A stretch of 64,000 bases of DNA from Acidobacteriota bacterium (GTDB lineage: Bacteria; Acidobacteriota; G020349885): NCBI GenBank assembly GCA_020349885.1, contig CP070701.1, positions 907,880 through 971,879 on the forward strand. The letters are read 5' to 3'. Below are positions 1-8,540 of this stretch, in pieces. The notes below the pieces were generated by a model, which was given only the letters and a program-made list of their open reading frames with translations, did no database searches and was not told where the DNA came from. A program made the position numbers and the translations under genes. The first letter of the stretch is position 1. Every line of letters begins with the position of its first letter.

Positions 1-1077
1 CCCGTCATCTTGGAAACCTGCGGAGTTCCGAACTCGACGCTGGATGCCGGCGCGGGCTACGCGAGCTACTCGTGGACCTCGGTGCCTCCGGGCGAGCCCG
101 GCGATGGAGCGACGACGCAGACTGTCCAGGTGCCGTGCAATTCGACGGGCAGCTACACCGTGACGGTGGAGGACGGCAACAACTGCTTCGGGACGTCGCC
201 TGCAGAGGATGTCACGAACTGCACGTGTCCCTGCATCACGAGCGCGACGGCAACGGCGCTCGGGCCGACAACGTTCTGCGAGGGCGGCTCTGTGGACCTG
301 GTGGCCACGCCGGACGACGGCCTCGGACCGTTCACGTACCTGTGGAGTCCGGGCGGCGAGACGACGCAGACGGTCACGGTGGGTGTGGCCGATACCTACT
401 TCTGCGACGTGACGGACACCGATCCGGGCTGCGGCAACACGGTGACGAGCAACTCGATCGTGGTGACGGTGAATCCGCTGCCGACGCCTGTTATCACGGA
501 GACCTGCGCGGCTCCGCTGGATTCGACGCTGGATGCCGGCGCGGGCTACGTGAGCTATTCGTGGAGCACGACGCCTCCTGGCGGGCCCGGCGACGGGGCG
601 ACGACGCAGACTATCCAGGTGCCGTGCGATACGACGGAGACCTACACGGTGACGGTTGAGGACGGCAACAACTGCTTCGGAACGTCGCCCTCTGAGGCGG
701 TGTGTGGGTGCGGCGCGGCGCCGCCGGATGAGCCGTCGGATGCACCACCATATCTGAAGATAGCGAATGCAGCGGGAACGCAGGTGGACGTGGAAGATGA
801 GAGCGGCAGCGGAGCAACCGCCTACGTGGTGTATGAGAACCCGATAGGGACGTTCTACGGGACGCCCGGACAGAGCGGGTGCCTGGTACCGATCGGGGCT
901 GGGGCAGAACCCGGGACGGTGCGACTGAATTACGATATGGGAGCGCCGGATGTGTGGATCGTGGTGACGGCGGCGAACGCGGCGGGCGAGTCGAGCGCCG
1001 GACGTTCATGGGATTCGGCCGCAGGCTACGTGGAGCGGAGAGACGCCGGTTGGCCGCCTGAAGTGAACTGCCCGTAG
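1..1077 (+). CDS. C-terminal part of a large secreted or surface protein with Cys-containing Ig-like (SprB/PKD-like) repeats and an FN3-like terminal domain; 5' truncated by the window
   Basis: Open frame from the window edge; Thr/Gly/Pro-rich; repeated STLDAGAGYxSYSW...GATTQTxQVPC...YTVTVEDGNNCFGTSP modules; a TTFCEGGSVDL...YLWSPGGETTQT Ig-like unit; ends VVTAANAAGES...NCP. Confidence 0.7.
   Translation, partial: PVILETCGVPNSTLDAGAGYASYSWTSVPPGEPGDGATTQTVQVPCNSTGSYTVTVEDGNNCFGTSPAEDVTNCTCPCITSATATALGPTTFCEGGSVDLVATPDDGLGPFTYLWSPGGETTQTVTVGVADTYFCDVTDTDPGCGNTVTSNSIVVTVNPLPTPVITETCAAPLDSTLDAGAGYVSYSWSTTPPGGPGDGATTQTIQVPCDTTETYTVTVEDGNNCFGTSPSEAVCGCGAAPPDEPSDAPPYLKIANAAGTQVDVEDESGSGATAYVVYENPIGTFYGTPGQSGCLVPIGAGAEPGTVRLNYDMGAPDVWIVVTAANAAGESSAGRSWDSAAGYVERRDAGWPPEVNCP
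13..696 (+). repeat. Two near-identical ~65-codon intragenic repeats (about 13-207 and 499-696)
   Basis: TCGACGCTGGATGCCGGCGCGGGCTAC and GACGGCAACAACTGCTTCGG each occur twice. Confidence 0.8.
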
Positions 1078-1106
1078 GGCTTAACCTTCTTTGCAACCCG
1101 CCGCTT

Positions 1107-1143
1107 AGGGGCCTCCCCAGGGGAGGGGAGGTCCCCTTTTTTT
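1107..1143 (+). terminator. Intrinsic terminator
   Basis: GGGGCCTCCCC / GGGGAGGTCCCC stem followed by a T7 run, 30 nt after the stop at 1077. Confidence 0.75.
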
Positions 1144-1203
1144 GGGCTTACTCCCCCTTTCTTCCCTTTCCCTCGAGGGAGCGGTGCGGCCTTGCGGCCC
1201 GGT

Positions 1204-1593
1204 TTACTCCATCTCCGTCAGGTCTACCACGCTCGGGGCCATCTTGCGCAGCGTCCGCATCCCCACGCGCTGCCAGGCGATGGCCTTGCTGTAGACGATG
1301 TGCAGCATGTAGTGCAGGTCGGGCGGGGCGCCCTGAATCAGCTTGACCCACTTCATGAACATGAGGATGCCCGAGGAATTGAGGTAGGAGAGCTTGGTGA
1401 GGTTGAGGCACACCTCGGAGGCACCATGCTCGAGCGCTTCCCGGTGAACCTTTTCCACGTAGGGGAAGAAAATTTTCGAGGGGTTCTCCATCGAGATCTC
1501 GCCGACGAACTCGAGTTCGATCCCCTTGTCCGTGCTCTTGGGGAGAATCTTGACGCCCGGGTGAAGGAGCGGCGAGACGTCGTACCAGGTCAT
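1204..1593 (-). CDS. STAS-like (SiaC-like) anti-anti-sigma-type protein
   Basis: 129 aa; VCLNLTKLSYLNSSG motif and C-terminal WQR; paralogue of 44797..45171; ATGA overlap with the trxB stop. Confidence 0.7.
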   Translation of the reverse strand: MTWYDVSPLLHPGVKILPKSTDKGIELEFVGEISMENPSKIFFPYVEKVHREALEHGASEVCLNLTKLSYLNSSGILMFMKWVKLIQGAPPDLHYMLHIVYSKAIAWQRVGMRTLRKMAPSVVDLTEME

Positions 1594-2540
1594 GCGCCCT
1601 GCTGCGCCTCTTTCGCTTCGAGGTATCGCTCGGCCTCTATGGCGGCCATGCAGCCCGTGCCGGCCGCGGTGACGGCCTGCCGGAACACGTGGTCCTGGAC
1701 GTCCCCGCAGGCGTAGACGCCCTCGACGTTCGTCGCGGTCGAGTCGGGCCTCGTGACGAGGTAGCCTTTGGCGTCCATCTCGAGCTGCCCCTTGAAGATG
1801 TCGGTGTTCGGCGCGTGGCCGACGGCGACGAACACCCCCCCGCAGGAGACTTCCGTCGTCTCCTTCGTTTTCTTGTTACTCAGGCGGACGCCGGTCACCC
1901 GCTTTCCGTCCCCCAGGATTTCCCGCACTTCGGAATCCCAGACGAAGTCGATCTTGTCGTTCTTGAAGGCGCGGTCCTGCATAATTTTACTCGCCCTCAG
2001 CCGGTCTCGCCGGTGCACGACCGTGACCTTGGACGCGAACCGGGTGAGAAAAAGCGCCTCCTCCAGCGCCGAGTCGCCCCCGCCCACGACGATTAATTCC
2101 CGGCCCTTGAAGAAGGCCCCGTCGCACGTTGCGCAGCTCGAGACGCCCCGGCCCCGGTACTTCGCCTCCGACTCGAGCCCGAGCCACCTGGTGGAGGCGC
2201 CGGAGGCGACGATGAGCGTCTTCGCGCGGAGCGCCCGGCCGCCGTCCGTGGCGACCTCGAAGGGCTGCGCGCCGAGCTCCACGGCCTCGACGCGGTCCGT
2301 CAGGAATTCCGTGCCGAAGCGCTCGGCCTGCCTCGTCATGAGGTTCATGAGCTCGGGGCCGAGAATTCCCTCCGGAAAGCCGGGAAAATTCTCCACGTCG
2401 GTAGTTATCATGAGCTGGCCGCCGGGCTCGTTCCCGTGGACCACGACCGGCTCCAGGCTGGCGCGTGAGGTGTACACGGCGGCGGTCAGTCCGGCCGGGC
2501 CGGAGCCGATGATGACGACGTTCCTCGCGTTTTCCGCCAT
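1590..2540 (-). CDS. trxB: Thioredoxin-disulfide reductase
   Basis: IIGSGPAGLTAA, CATCDG redox motif, GGGDSALEEA, HRRDRLRA, RQAVTAAGTGC. Confidence 0.97.
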   Translation of the reverse strand: MAENARNVVIIGSGPAGLTAAVYTSRASLEPVVVHGNEPGGQLMITTDVENFPGFPEGILGPELMNLMTRQAERFGTEFLTDRVEAVELGAQPFEVATDGGRALRAKTLIVASGASTRWLGLESEAKYRGRGVSSCATCDGAFFKGRELIVVGGGDSALEEALFLTRFASKVTVVHRRDRLRASKIMQDRAFKNDKIDFVWDSEVREILGDGKRVTGVRLSNKKTKETTEVSCGGVFVAVGHAPNTDIFKGQLEMDAKGYLVTRPDSTATNVEGVYACGDVQDHVFRQAVTAAGTGCMAAIEAERYLEAKEAQQGA

Positions 2541-2657
2541 GGGCTCAGTGCTTTCCCGTTAGGTATGATCAGGTATGAGTCGAGAAACTATTATACATTA
2601 AAAACGAAAGCCGGGCTTTACCGCCCGCCAGCAATCGGCCCCTTCGCGCCGGGGATT

Positions 2658-2720
2658 AAAAAAGAAGGAAGCGCGGCGGGAGGGCTAGCACTTACCATGC
2701 TTAGGCACCGCGCTTCCAGG
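2658..2720 (-). ncRNA. Candidate small structured RNA (recalled resemblance to the Acido-Lenti-1 motif, unverified)
   Basis: Minus strand GGAAGCGCGG...AAGCATGGTAAGTGCTAGCCCTCCCG...CCGCGCTTCC forms a 10-bp closing stem, followed by TTCTTTTTT; a near-consensus promoter sits immediately upstream. Confidence 0.55.
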
Positions 2721-2726
2721 ATTTCC

Positions 2727-2754
2727 TTTATAGCACGAATTCCGGCATTGTCAA
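2727..2754 (-). promoter_or_regulatory. Sigma70-type promoter
   Basis: TTGACA (2754-2749), 16-nt spacer ending TGc, TATAAA (2732-2727). Confidence 0.65.
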
Positions 2755-2882
2755 GGGGAAAGGGAAAAGAATATGGGGTATAGTGCCATCCGCCATCTAC
2801 CAACTGCTAGCTCCTTGCTGCCTCAAATTCTGCTACAATGAAAAGGGCGTAGAACATAGAACGATAGGACGATAGAAGGATA

Positions 2883-4871
2883 GTGAGCTTGAAATCCCGC
2901 CGATTTATCGTTTTCCTCGCGGTGGCCGTGGTAGTTCTGGCGGTGGCGGTGGCGGTGGCGGTCGCGGTGTGGCGGCCGTGGCGCTCGCCCGCCGGCTCAC
3001 CGGCCGACGCCTCGGCTGAAAGCCGGTCCCCGGAGAGGCGGAACCTTATCCTCGTCACGCTCGACACCACGCGCGCCGACCGCTTGGGGTGCTACGGCTA
3101 CGAGAGGGGGGAGACGCCCGCCCTGGACCGCCTCGCGGAGCAGGGGGTCACCTTCGACGCGGCCTACGCCCCCACGCCCATCACGCTTCCCTCCCACGCC
3201 ACGCTGCTCACGGGCCTTTACCCCGTCTTTCACGGCGTCCACAACAACGGCAGCTACGAGCTTCTCAAGGGGTACCGCACGCTCGCGGAGATCTTTCGCG
3301 AGAACGGGTGGCGGACCGGCGCGTTCATCTCGGCCTTCGTGCTCCATTCGCGCTACGGCATGGCGCAGGGCTTCGAGGCGTTCGGCGACAACCTCCTGAA
3401 CGGCTACCCGAAGATCAACTCCCTGGAGATCCGGAGCCGCTCGGCGCAGAAGACCCTGGACGAGGCTTTCCTTTGGCTCAAGGACGTGCGCAAGGAGAGG
3501 TTCTTTCTCTGGATTCACTTTTTCGACCCCCACCGCCCCTACCGCGCCCCGGCCCAGTTCGAGAAAAAATTTTCGAGGGATCCCTACGACGGGCAGATTG
3601 CCTACATGGATAGCGTCATCGGGGAGATGCTCGCGCGCCTTGAGCGCTGGCGGATTCTCCGGGACACGCTCGTGGTCGCCGTCGGCGACCACGGCGAGAG
3701 CCTCGGCGAGCACAAAGAGGGAAGCCACGCCTTCTTCATCTATAACGCCACGATGCTGGTACCGCTCATCTTCTCGCAGCCGGGCGTCCTGCCTTCGGGA
3801 AAGCGCTTCGCGCAGTCGATGAGCCTGACGGACGTCGCGCCCACGCTCCTCGAGTACTTCGACATTACCCCTTCGGGCAAGATGCAGGGGGAGTCGGTTC
3901 TCGCGGCGATGGAGGGGCGCGAGCCCCTGCGTGACCGGGCCGCCCTGCTCGAATCGGTCTTTCCCTACGAGAGCTACCACTGGGCGCCCCTGGCGGGGCT
4001 TGCGCTCGGGACCGAGAAGTACATCGAGGCGCCCGTGCCGGAGTACTACGACCTGGCGCGCGACCCCGGGGAGACGCGCAACCGGTGGAGCGAGGAGCCG
4101 GAGAAGCAGGCGCGGCTGGTCAGGCGCTACAGGGAGGAGAGAGAGAAATACCTTCCCGAGGGCGGCGAGCCCGAGTTCTCGCGCCGCGAGATGAGCAGCG
4201 AGGAAATGGAGGTTCTCAAAAGTCTCGGCTACGTCTTCGGCGAGGGCGGCGGCGAGGGCGGCGAGCTCCGGGACCCGAAGGACGCCATCGAGATCCTGGA
4301 GCGCCTCAAAATTCTCGAGAACATGATCGCGAACAAGGATCACCCCCTCGCGCAGAAGGATCTCGAAGAGATCGTGCAGCTCGACCCCGGCAACTACCAG
4401 GCACTCTACCTTCTGGGGCAGGTGTACGAGAAGCAGAAGCGCTGGGACGAGGCGGTCGCGCTCTTTCGGAAAGCCTACAGCATCAAACCGACCAAGGGCC
4501 TCGCGCGGGTCGGAATCGGACGCTACTACCTGAACCGGGGCGACCTGAAGAGGGCCAAGGAGGAATTCCTCGCGGCCGCGCAGGATATGCACTGCCCGGA
4601 CGCCCACCTGGACCTGGCGTTCGTGTATTTGAGGGAAGGGGACATGGACGGCGCCATCGCGACCCTCAAGAGGGCCAAGGAGCTTTTTCCCTACAACGAG
4701 AAGATGTACAACAACCTGGGGCTGATCTACGTGAAGAAGGGCCTCCGGGACCTCGCGCGCGAGCAGTTCAAGCTGGCGATGTCGATCCGGGAGAACTACG
4801 AGCGCGCACGTACGAACCTGAAGCTACTCGACGGCGGCGTGAGCGAGGTGGCCGATCCGACGATGGAGTAA
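2883..4871 (+). CDS. Membrane-anchored sulfatase-like hydrolase/transferase with C-terminal TPRs
   Basis: N-terminal TM; NLILVTLDTTRAD, TLPSHATLLTG, HFFDPH, GDHGE; TPR repeats in the last ~170 aa. Confidence 0.9.
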   Translation: MSLKSRRFIVFLAVAVVVLAVAVAVAVAVWRPWRSPAGSPADASAESRSPERRNLILVTLDTTRADRLGCYGYERGETPALDRLAEQGVTFDAAYAPTPITLPSHATLLTGLYPVFHGVHNNGSYELLKGYRTLAEIFRENGWRTGAFISAFVLHSRYGMAQGFEAFGDNLLNGYPKINSLEIRSRSAQKTLDEAFLWLKDVRKERFFLWIHFFDPHRPYRAPAQFEKKFSRDPYDGQIAYMDSVIGEMLARLERWRILRDTLVVAVGDHGESLGEHKEGSHAFFIYNATMLVPLIFSQPGVLPSGKRFAQSMSLTDVAPTLLEYFDITPSGKMQGESVLAAMEGREPLRDRAALLESVFPYESYHWAPLAGLALGTEKYIEAPVPEYYDLARDPGETRNRWSEEPEKQARLVRRYREEREKYLPEGGEPEFSRREMSSEEMEVLKSLGYVFGEGGGEGGELRDPKDAIEILERLKILENMIANKDHPLAQKDLEEIVQLDPGNYQALYLLGQVYEKQKRWDEAVALFRKAYSIKPTKGLARVGIGRYYLNRGDLKRAKEEFLAAAQDMHCPDAHLDLAFVYLREGDMDGAIATLKRAKELFPYNEKMYNNLGLIYVKKGLRDLAREQFKLAMSIRENYERARTNLKLLDGGVSEVADPTME

Positions 4872-4904
4872 TCTCGGAAAGAAGCCGCGCCGGGCACGGC
4901 CCGC

Positions 4905-5729
4905 TCAGAACAAATACTTAATCAGCTCGAGACTCTTGCTCCAGTACCACGCCTCGATCCGTCCGCCCGCGAAAAACTGAACGAGCGCGCCGAGGGAAAG
5001 GAACGTTCCGTACGGGAGCGCCGTCCGCCACGTGGCGCGACGGCGGACGGCGAGCCATGCGGCGTAGAGGAGTCCCGCGGCCGAGGCGAAAAAGAGCGTC
5101 CAGAGCGCTCCCTTCGGGCCGAGGAATGCCCCCACCAGGAGCATCATCTTCACGTCCCCGAGGCCCAGCCCCTCGCGCCGGCGCAGAAGATAGTAGGCGC
5201 CGTACATGACGAGCGTGAGCCCCGCGCCGAGGGCGGCGCCCAGAAGCGCTTGGAGAAAGGAGTGGTTCTCCGCCCACGCGGCGCCGGCGAGGCCGAACGC
5301 GGCGCCCGAAAGCGTTACGCTGTCTGGCAGGAGGAAGTGCCGCCAGTCGATGAAGGCCAGCGCGAGCAGGAGGCCCACGAAAGCCGCGCCGTAGAAAAAC
5401 GACCACCCCAGGCCGTGCCGCAGGTAGAGCGCCGCGACGGCCGCCCCCATGGCGGCCTCCACGAAGGGGTACAGGGGCGAGATGCGCATGCGGCAGCGGC
5501 GGCATCGTCCGCGCAGCCAGAGATACGACAGCACGGGCACGTTGTCGTAGGGGGCGATGCGCGCCAGGCAGTACGGACAGCGGGAGGGAGGGCGAACCAG
5601 GGAGAGGCCATGGGGAATGCGGTGGATGCAGACGTTGACGAAACTTCCCCAGACCGCCCCGAACGCGAACGCTACGGCAGCGGCGAGCACGGCGGTGGAG
5701 GGGTCATGAAGCGATACTGGGATGAGCAA
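4905..5729 (-). CDS. pilD: Type IV prepilin peptidase/N-methyltransferase
   Basis: GSFVNVCIHRIP, SRCPYC...RGRCRRC, FIDW, GLGDVKM, LPYGTFL. Confidence 0.93.
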   Translation of the reverse strand: MLIPVSLHDPSTAVLAAAVAFAFGAVWGSFVNVCIHRIPHGLSLVRPPSRCPYCLARIAPYDNVPVLSYLWLRGRCRRCRMRISPLYPFVEAAMGAAVAALYLRHGLGWSFFYGAAFVGLLLALAFIDWRHFLLPDSVTLSGAAFGLAGAAWAENHSFLQALLGAALGAGLTLVMYGAYYLLRRREGLGLGDVKMMLLVGAFLGPKGALWTLFFASAAGLLYAAWLAVRRRATWRTALPYGTFLSLGALVQFFAGGRIEAWYWSKSLELIKYLF

Positions 5730-6535
5730 GATACGTCTCCCGTCCGCGGATCGTAGAGGTAGGGCTCGCCGTAAGGGTCGAGCAGCAGCGAGGGGAGAAA
5801 GCCCGCCCGTACGAGTGCCGCCAGGCTGTGCGGCCGTCTGCCCCGTAGCGCCCGGTATTCCTCCCGCGCCTTCTCCAGGCGAAGCTTATCTATCTTGACG
5901 CGGATCTCGAAAATGTGGCGTCCGGCGATGTTCCGGATCCAGCGGTCGTCGCTTTCGAGGCAAACCTGCTCCCACACCCGGACCGCCTCCTCGTAGCGGC
6001 CGGCCTTGGCGAGCATGGACGCGTGGAGGCGCTTCACGGCGGGACTCGAGCCCTGAACGGCCATGGCACGCCCGAAATAGTACGCGGCCTCCTCGTAGCG
6101 CGCCTCCTCGTAGCGCAGGAACGCTGCCTCAAACAGAAACATCCATTCCTTCGGGTTGTGCGCGATGCCCTTTTCCAGAAGCCGGACCGCCATGTCGCGG
6201 TCCTCGGCGTCGAGGCTCATTACGAGCGACCCCATGTAGTAAGCGTCGGTGAACGTCGAGTCAAGGTCGGTGATGACGTCGTAGATGTGCCATAGGTAGT
6301 CGAACCGCTTCATCCACCGCCCCGTGTAGTCGCCGTAGTACTGAATCGACCAGAGGTAGAGAACGTCGGCGAGAAGCATCGTGTGTCCGAGAGAGGTGAT
6401 TTCCAAATACTCGCTCGAGGGAAGGTAGAGGAAGTGCACCTCCGCGCGGGGGCCGACGCCCTCGCGCTCAATGTGGTGCGTGAGGCCGAGCGCCAGCGCC
6501 AGGAAACACACGATGCCCGCCGCGCGCCAGATCAT
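5672..6535 (-). CDS. Membrane-anchored TPR protein (PilG/XapA-like accessory of a pilus-associated ABC system)
   Basis: N-terminal TM, ADVLYLWSIQYYG, ITDLDxxF, LLEKG, C-terminal L..LV..GFL...DPYG pilin/GspG-like motif; start at 6535 preferred over 6616. Confidence 0.65.
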   Translation of the reverse strand: MIWRAAGIVCFLALALGLTHHIEREGVGPRAEVHFLYLPSSEYLEITSLGHTMLLADVLYLWSIQYYGDYTGRWMKRFDYLWHIYDVITDLDSTFTDAYYMGSLVMSLDAEDRDMAVRLLEKGIAHNPKEWMFLFEAAFLRYEEARYEEAAYYFGRAMAVQGSSPAVKRLHASMLAKAGRYEEAVRVWEQVCLESDDRWIRNIAGRHIFEIRVKIDKLRLEKAREEYRALRGRRPHSLAALVRAGFLPSLLLDPYGEPYLYDPRTGDVSCSSQYRFMTPPPPCSPLP

Positions 6536-6647
6536 GAGACAATCTTTATCGGGCTTTCCGGTGCCATGTGCGATGAGTTCCGAATTCGTTCGGAAAGTGC
6601 AGAAGGTGCGGGGCATCCAACGCGGCGCTTTGCACCTTCCGCACGGT

Positions 6648-7415
6648 TCATGTCATGTCCTTCCGCTCGAAGATGACGCTCGCCGCAAGGAGCAGAAAGA
6701 GCGCGTACAGGACGCCGTAGAGGGCCGGAAGCACCACCCCGTACCGAATATCCACCGGGACGCCGTGCACGAGCTCCGCACGGACGTTGAAGCGCTCCAG
6801 GTTCGGAAGCACGAGATAAACCGCGTACCAGAACGATTGCAAGCCCTCGTCCACGGCACGGTTGGCGAGCATCCGGAACGTCCACGAGAGGTGCCCGATG
6901 ATGTAGAAGGCGAGCGTGTAGAACGCGGCGAGGATGGGCGTGGTGAAGGTGGAGAACACGACTGAAAACGCGAGTATCACGAGTGCCTCGAAGAACGCTA
7001 GGAAGGCGCTTTCCATGAGAATCCACTTCCACTCGCCCGAGAAGGCGTAGAGCACCGCGAGAAGCTCCAATCCCAGGAAAACCACGACGACCAGGATGGT
7101 CACGGCGAGGCCGAGCGCTTTTCCGAAAAGGAAATAGGCACGGGCGATGGGCTTGGCGAGGACGACATGGATCGTGCGGCGCTCCATCTCGCGTGAAACC
7201 AGCCCGATGCCCAGAAAAAGCCCGATCATGGCGGCCGAGAGCGAGATTCCGGAAAGACCGACGTCGGCCATGATTTTCAGCTTGTCGCCGACCGTGAGTT
7301 CCCCCAGGACGCGCGCCGAGGCGATGAGTCCCGCCGCAAACAGAAACAAAAGATAGAGGATCCGGTGGCGGACCGCCTCGCGAAACGTGTTCAGGGCGAT
7401 AGCGTAGATCTTCAT
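6648..7415 (-). CDS. ABC-2 transporter permease (PilI-like)
   Basis: IALNTFREAVR, REMERRTIHVVLAKPIAR..FLFGK, LPNL, ends FERKD. Confidence 0.88.
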   Translation of the reverse strand: MKIYAIALNTFREAVRHRILYLLFLFAAGLIASARVLGELTVGDKLKIMADVGLSGISLSAAMIGLFLGIGLVSREMERRTIHVVLAKPIARAYFLFGKALGLAVTILVVVVFLGLELLAVLYAFSGEWKWILMESAFLAFFEALVILAFSVVFSTFTTPILAAFYTLAFYIIGHLSWTFRMLANRAVDEGLQSFWYAVYLVLPNLERFNVRAELVHGVPVDIRYGVVLPALYGVLYALFLLLAASVIFERKDMT

Positions 7416-8398
7416 GTCGCCGGCCCGTCTCCATCCTCCGCGGAGGCCTCGCTTCGGAGGGCTGGCGCCCCGGCGTCCTCCCGGGCCGGACGCTCAAACA
7501 GCTTAACGAGGAGTGCTTCGAGCGAAGGCTTCTGGGGAACGACGCTTTCCACGGTTCCGCCGTTTAGGGCCACGAGCGCGAGCAGTTTGTCTTTCTCCTT
7601 CGCGTCGCGGGCGTGCACCATGTGCGCCCCGTCCTTCTCGAGCGCCACGGTGAAATCCTTGAGCGCTTCGCGCTTGATGCCGCGGCAGACGATCTCGTAC
7701 CGTTGCTCCGGAACCTGCTGCGCCAGGTCTCGCATGGCGACGCACTCCACGCGGCCGTCGCGCAAGATCCCCACGCGGTCGCAGAGCATCTCGGCGTCGG
7801 CCAAGATGTGGCTGCTGAAGAAGACGGTCTTGCCGCGGTCCCGGAGCTCCACGAGGAGGTCGCGCACGTCCTTTCGCCCGAAAGGGTCGAGGCCCGCGAG
7901 CGGCTCGTCCAGGAGGAGCAGGTCGGGGTCGGCGATGAGCGCCTGCGCGAGGCCGACGCGCTGGAGCATGCCGCGCGAATACTTGCGCAGCGCGAGGGAC
8001 GCGGCGTCCGCGAGGCCGATGCGCTCCAGCAGCTCGCCGCTCCGCGCGCGGCGCTCCGGGGCGGAAAGGCCCGCGAGCGCGCCGTAGAATTTCAAAAATT
8101 CCAGCCCCGTTAGGTAATCGTAGAAGTACGGGTTCTCCGGAAGGAATCCGATCCGGCGCCGCGCGGACGGTCTCGTGTGCGGCACGCCGAACAGCTCGAT
8201 GCGCCCCCGGTCGAGGCGAAGGAGGTTCAGGGCGGTCTTTATCGTCGTGGTTTTTCCGGAGCCGTTCGGCCCCAGGAATCCGAAAATTTCCCCTTCATGA
8301 ACGTCGAAGGACACCCCCTTGAGCACCGGGCGCTTGCGGGGCAGGAACCCTCGCCCGAGCGCCTTGTGCACGTCTTCGAGCCGAAGCGCGATTTCCAT
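7412..8398 (-). CDS. ABC transporter ATP-binding protein (PilH-like)
   Basis: GPNGSGKTT, YSRGMLQR, LLLLDEP, FFSSH; ATG at 8398 lies 8 nt after a TTGACA-18-TAACAT promoter. Confidence 0.92.
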   Translation of the reverse strand: MEIALRLEDVHKALGRGFLPRKRPVLKGVSFDVHEGEIFGFLGPNGSGKTTTIKTALNLLRLDRGRIELFGVPHTRPSARRRIGFLPENPYFYDYLTGLEFLKFYGALAGLSAPERRARSGELLERIGLADAASLALRKYSRGMLQRVGLAQALIADPDLLLLDEPLAGLDPFGRKDVRDLLVELRDRGKTVFFSSHILADAEMLCDRVGILRDGRVECVAMRDLAQQVPEQRYEIVCRGIKREALKDFTVALEKDGAHMVHARDAKEKDKLLALVALNGGTVESVVPQKPSLEALLVKLFERPAREDAGAPALRSEASAEDGDGPAT

Positions 8399-8540
8399 AC
8401 CCAACTATGTTAGGCGCGTCCTCGAGAGGGTGTCAAGGCGTGGGAGGAGCCTCTGCGCTCCCCGCGGAAGACGCTGTATAATAACCACGTATGTCTTTAG
8501 TGCCTGAAGCCACCTGCTGTGGCGTCCTTTTGGGAGGCCC

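Noticed and set aside
2618-3070. Small ORFs 2565..2783, 2618..2803 and 2807..3070
   Set aside because: They overlap promoter or sRNA elements or are antisense to the sulfatase gene; no coding signal
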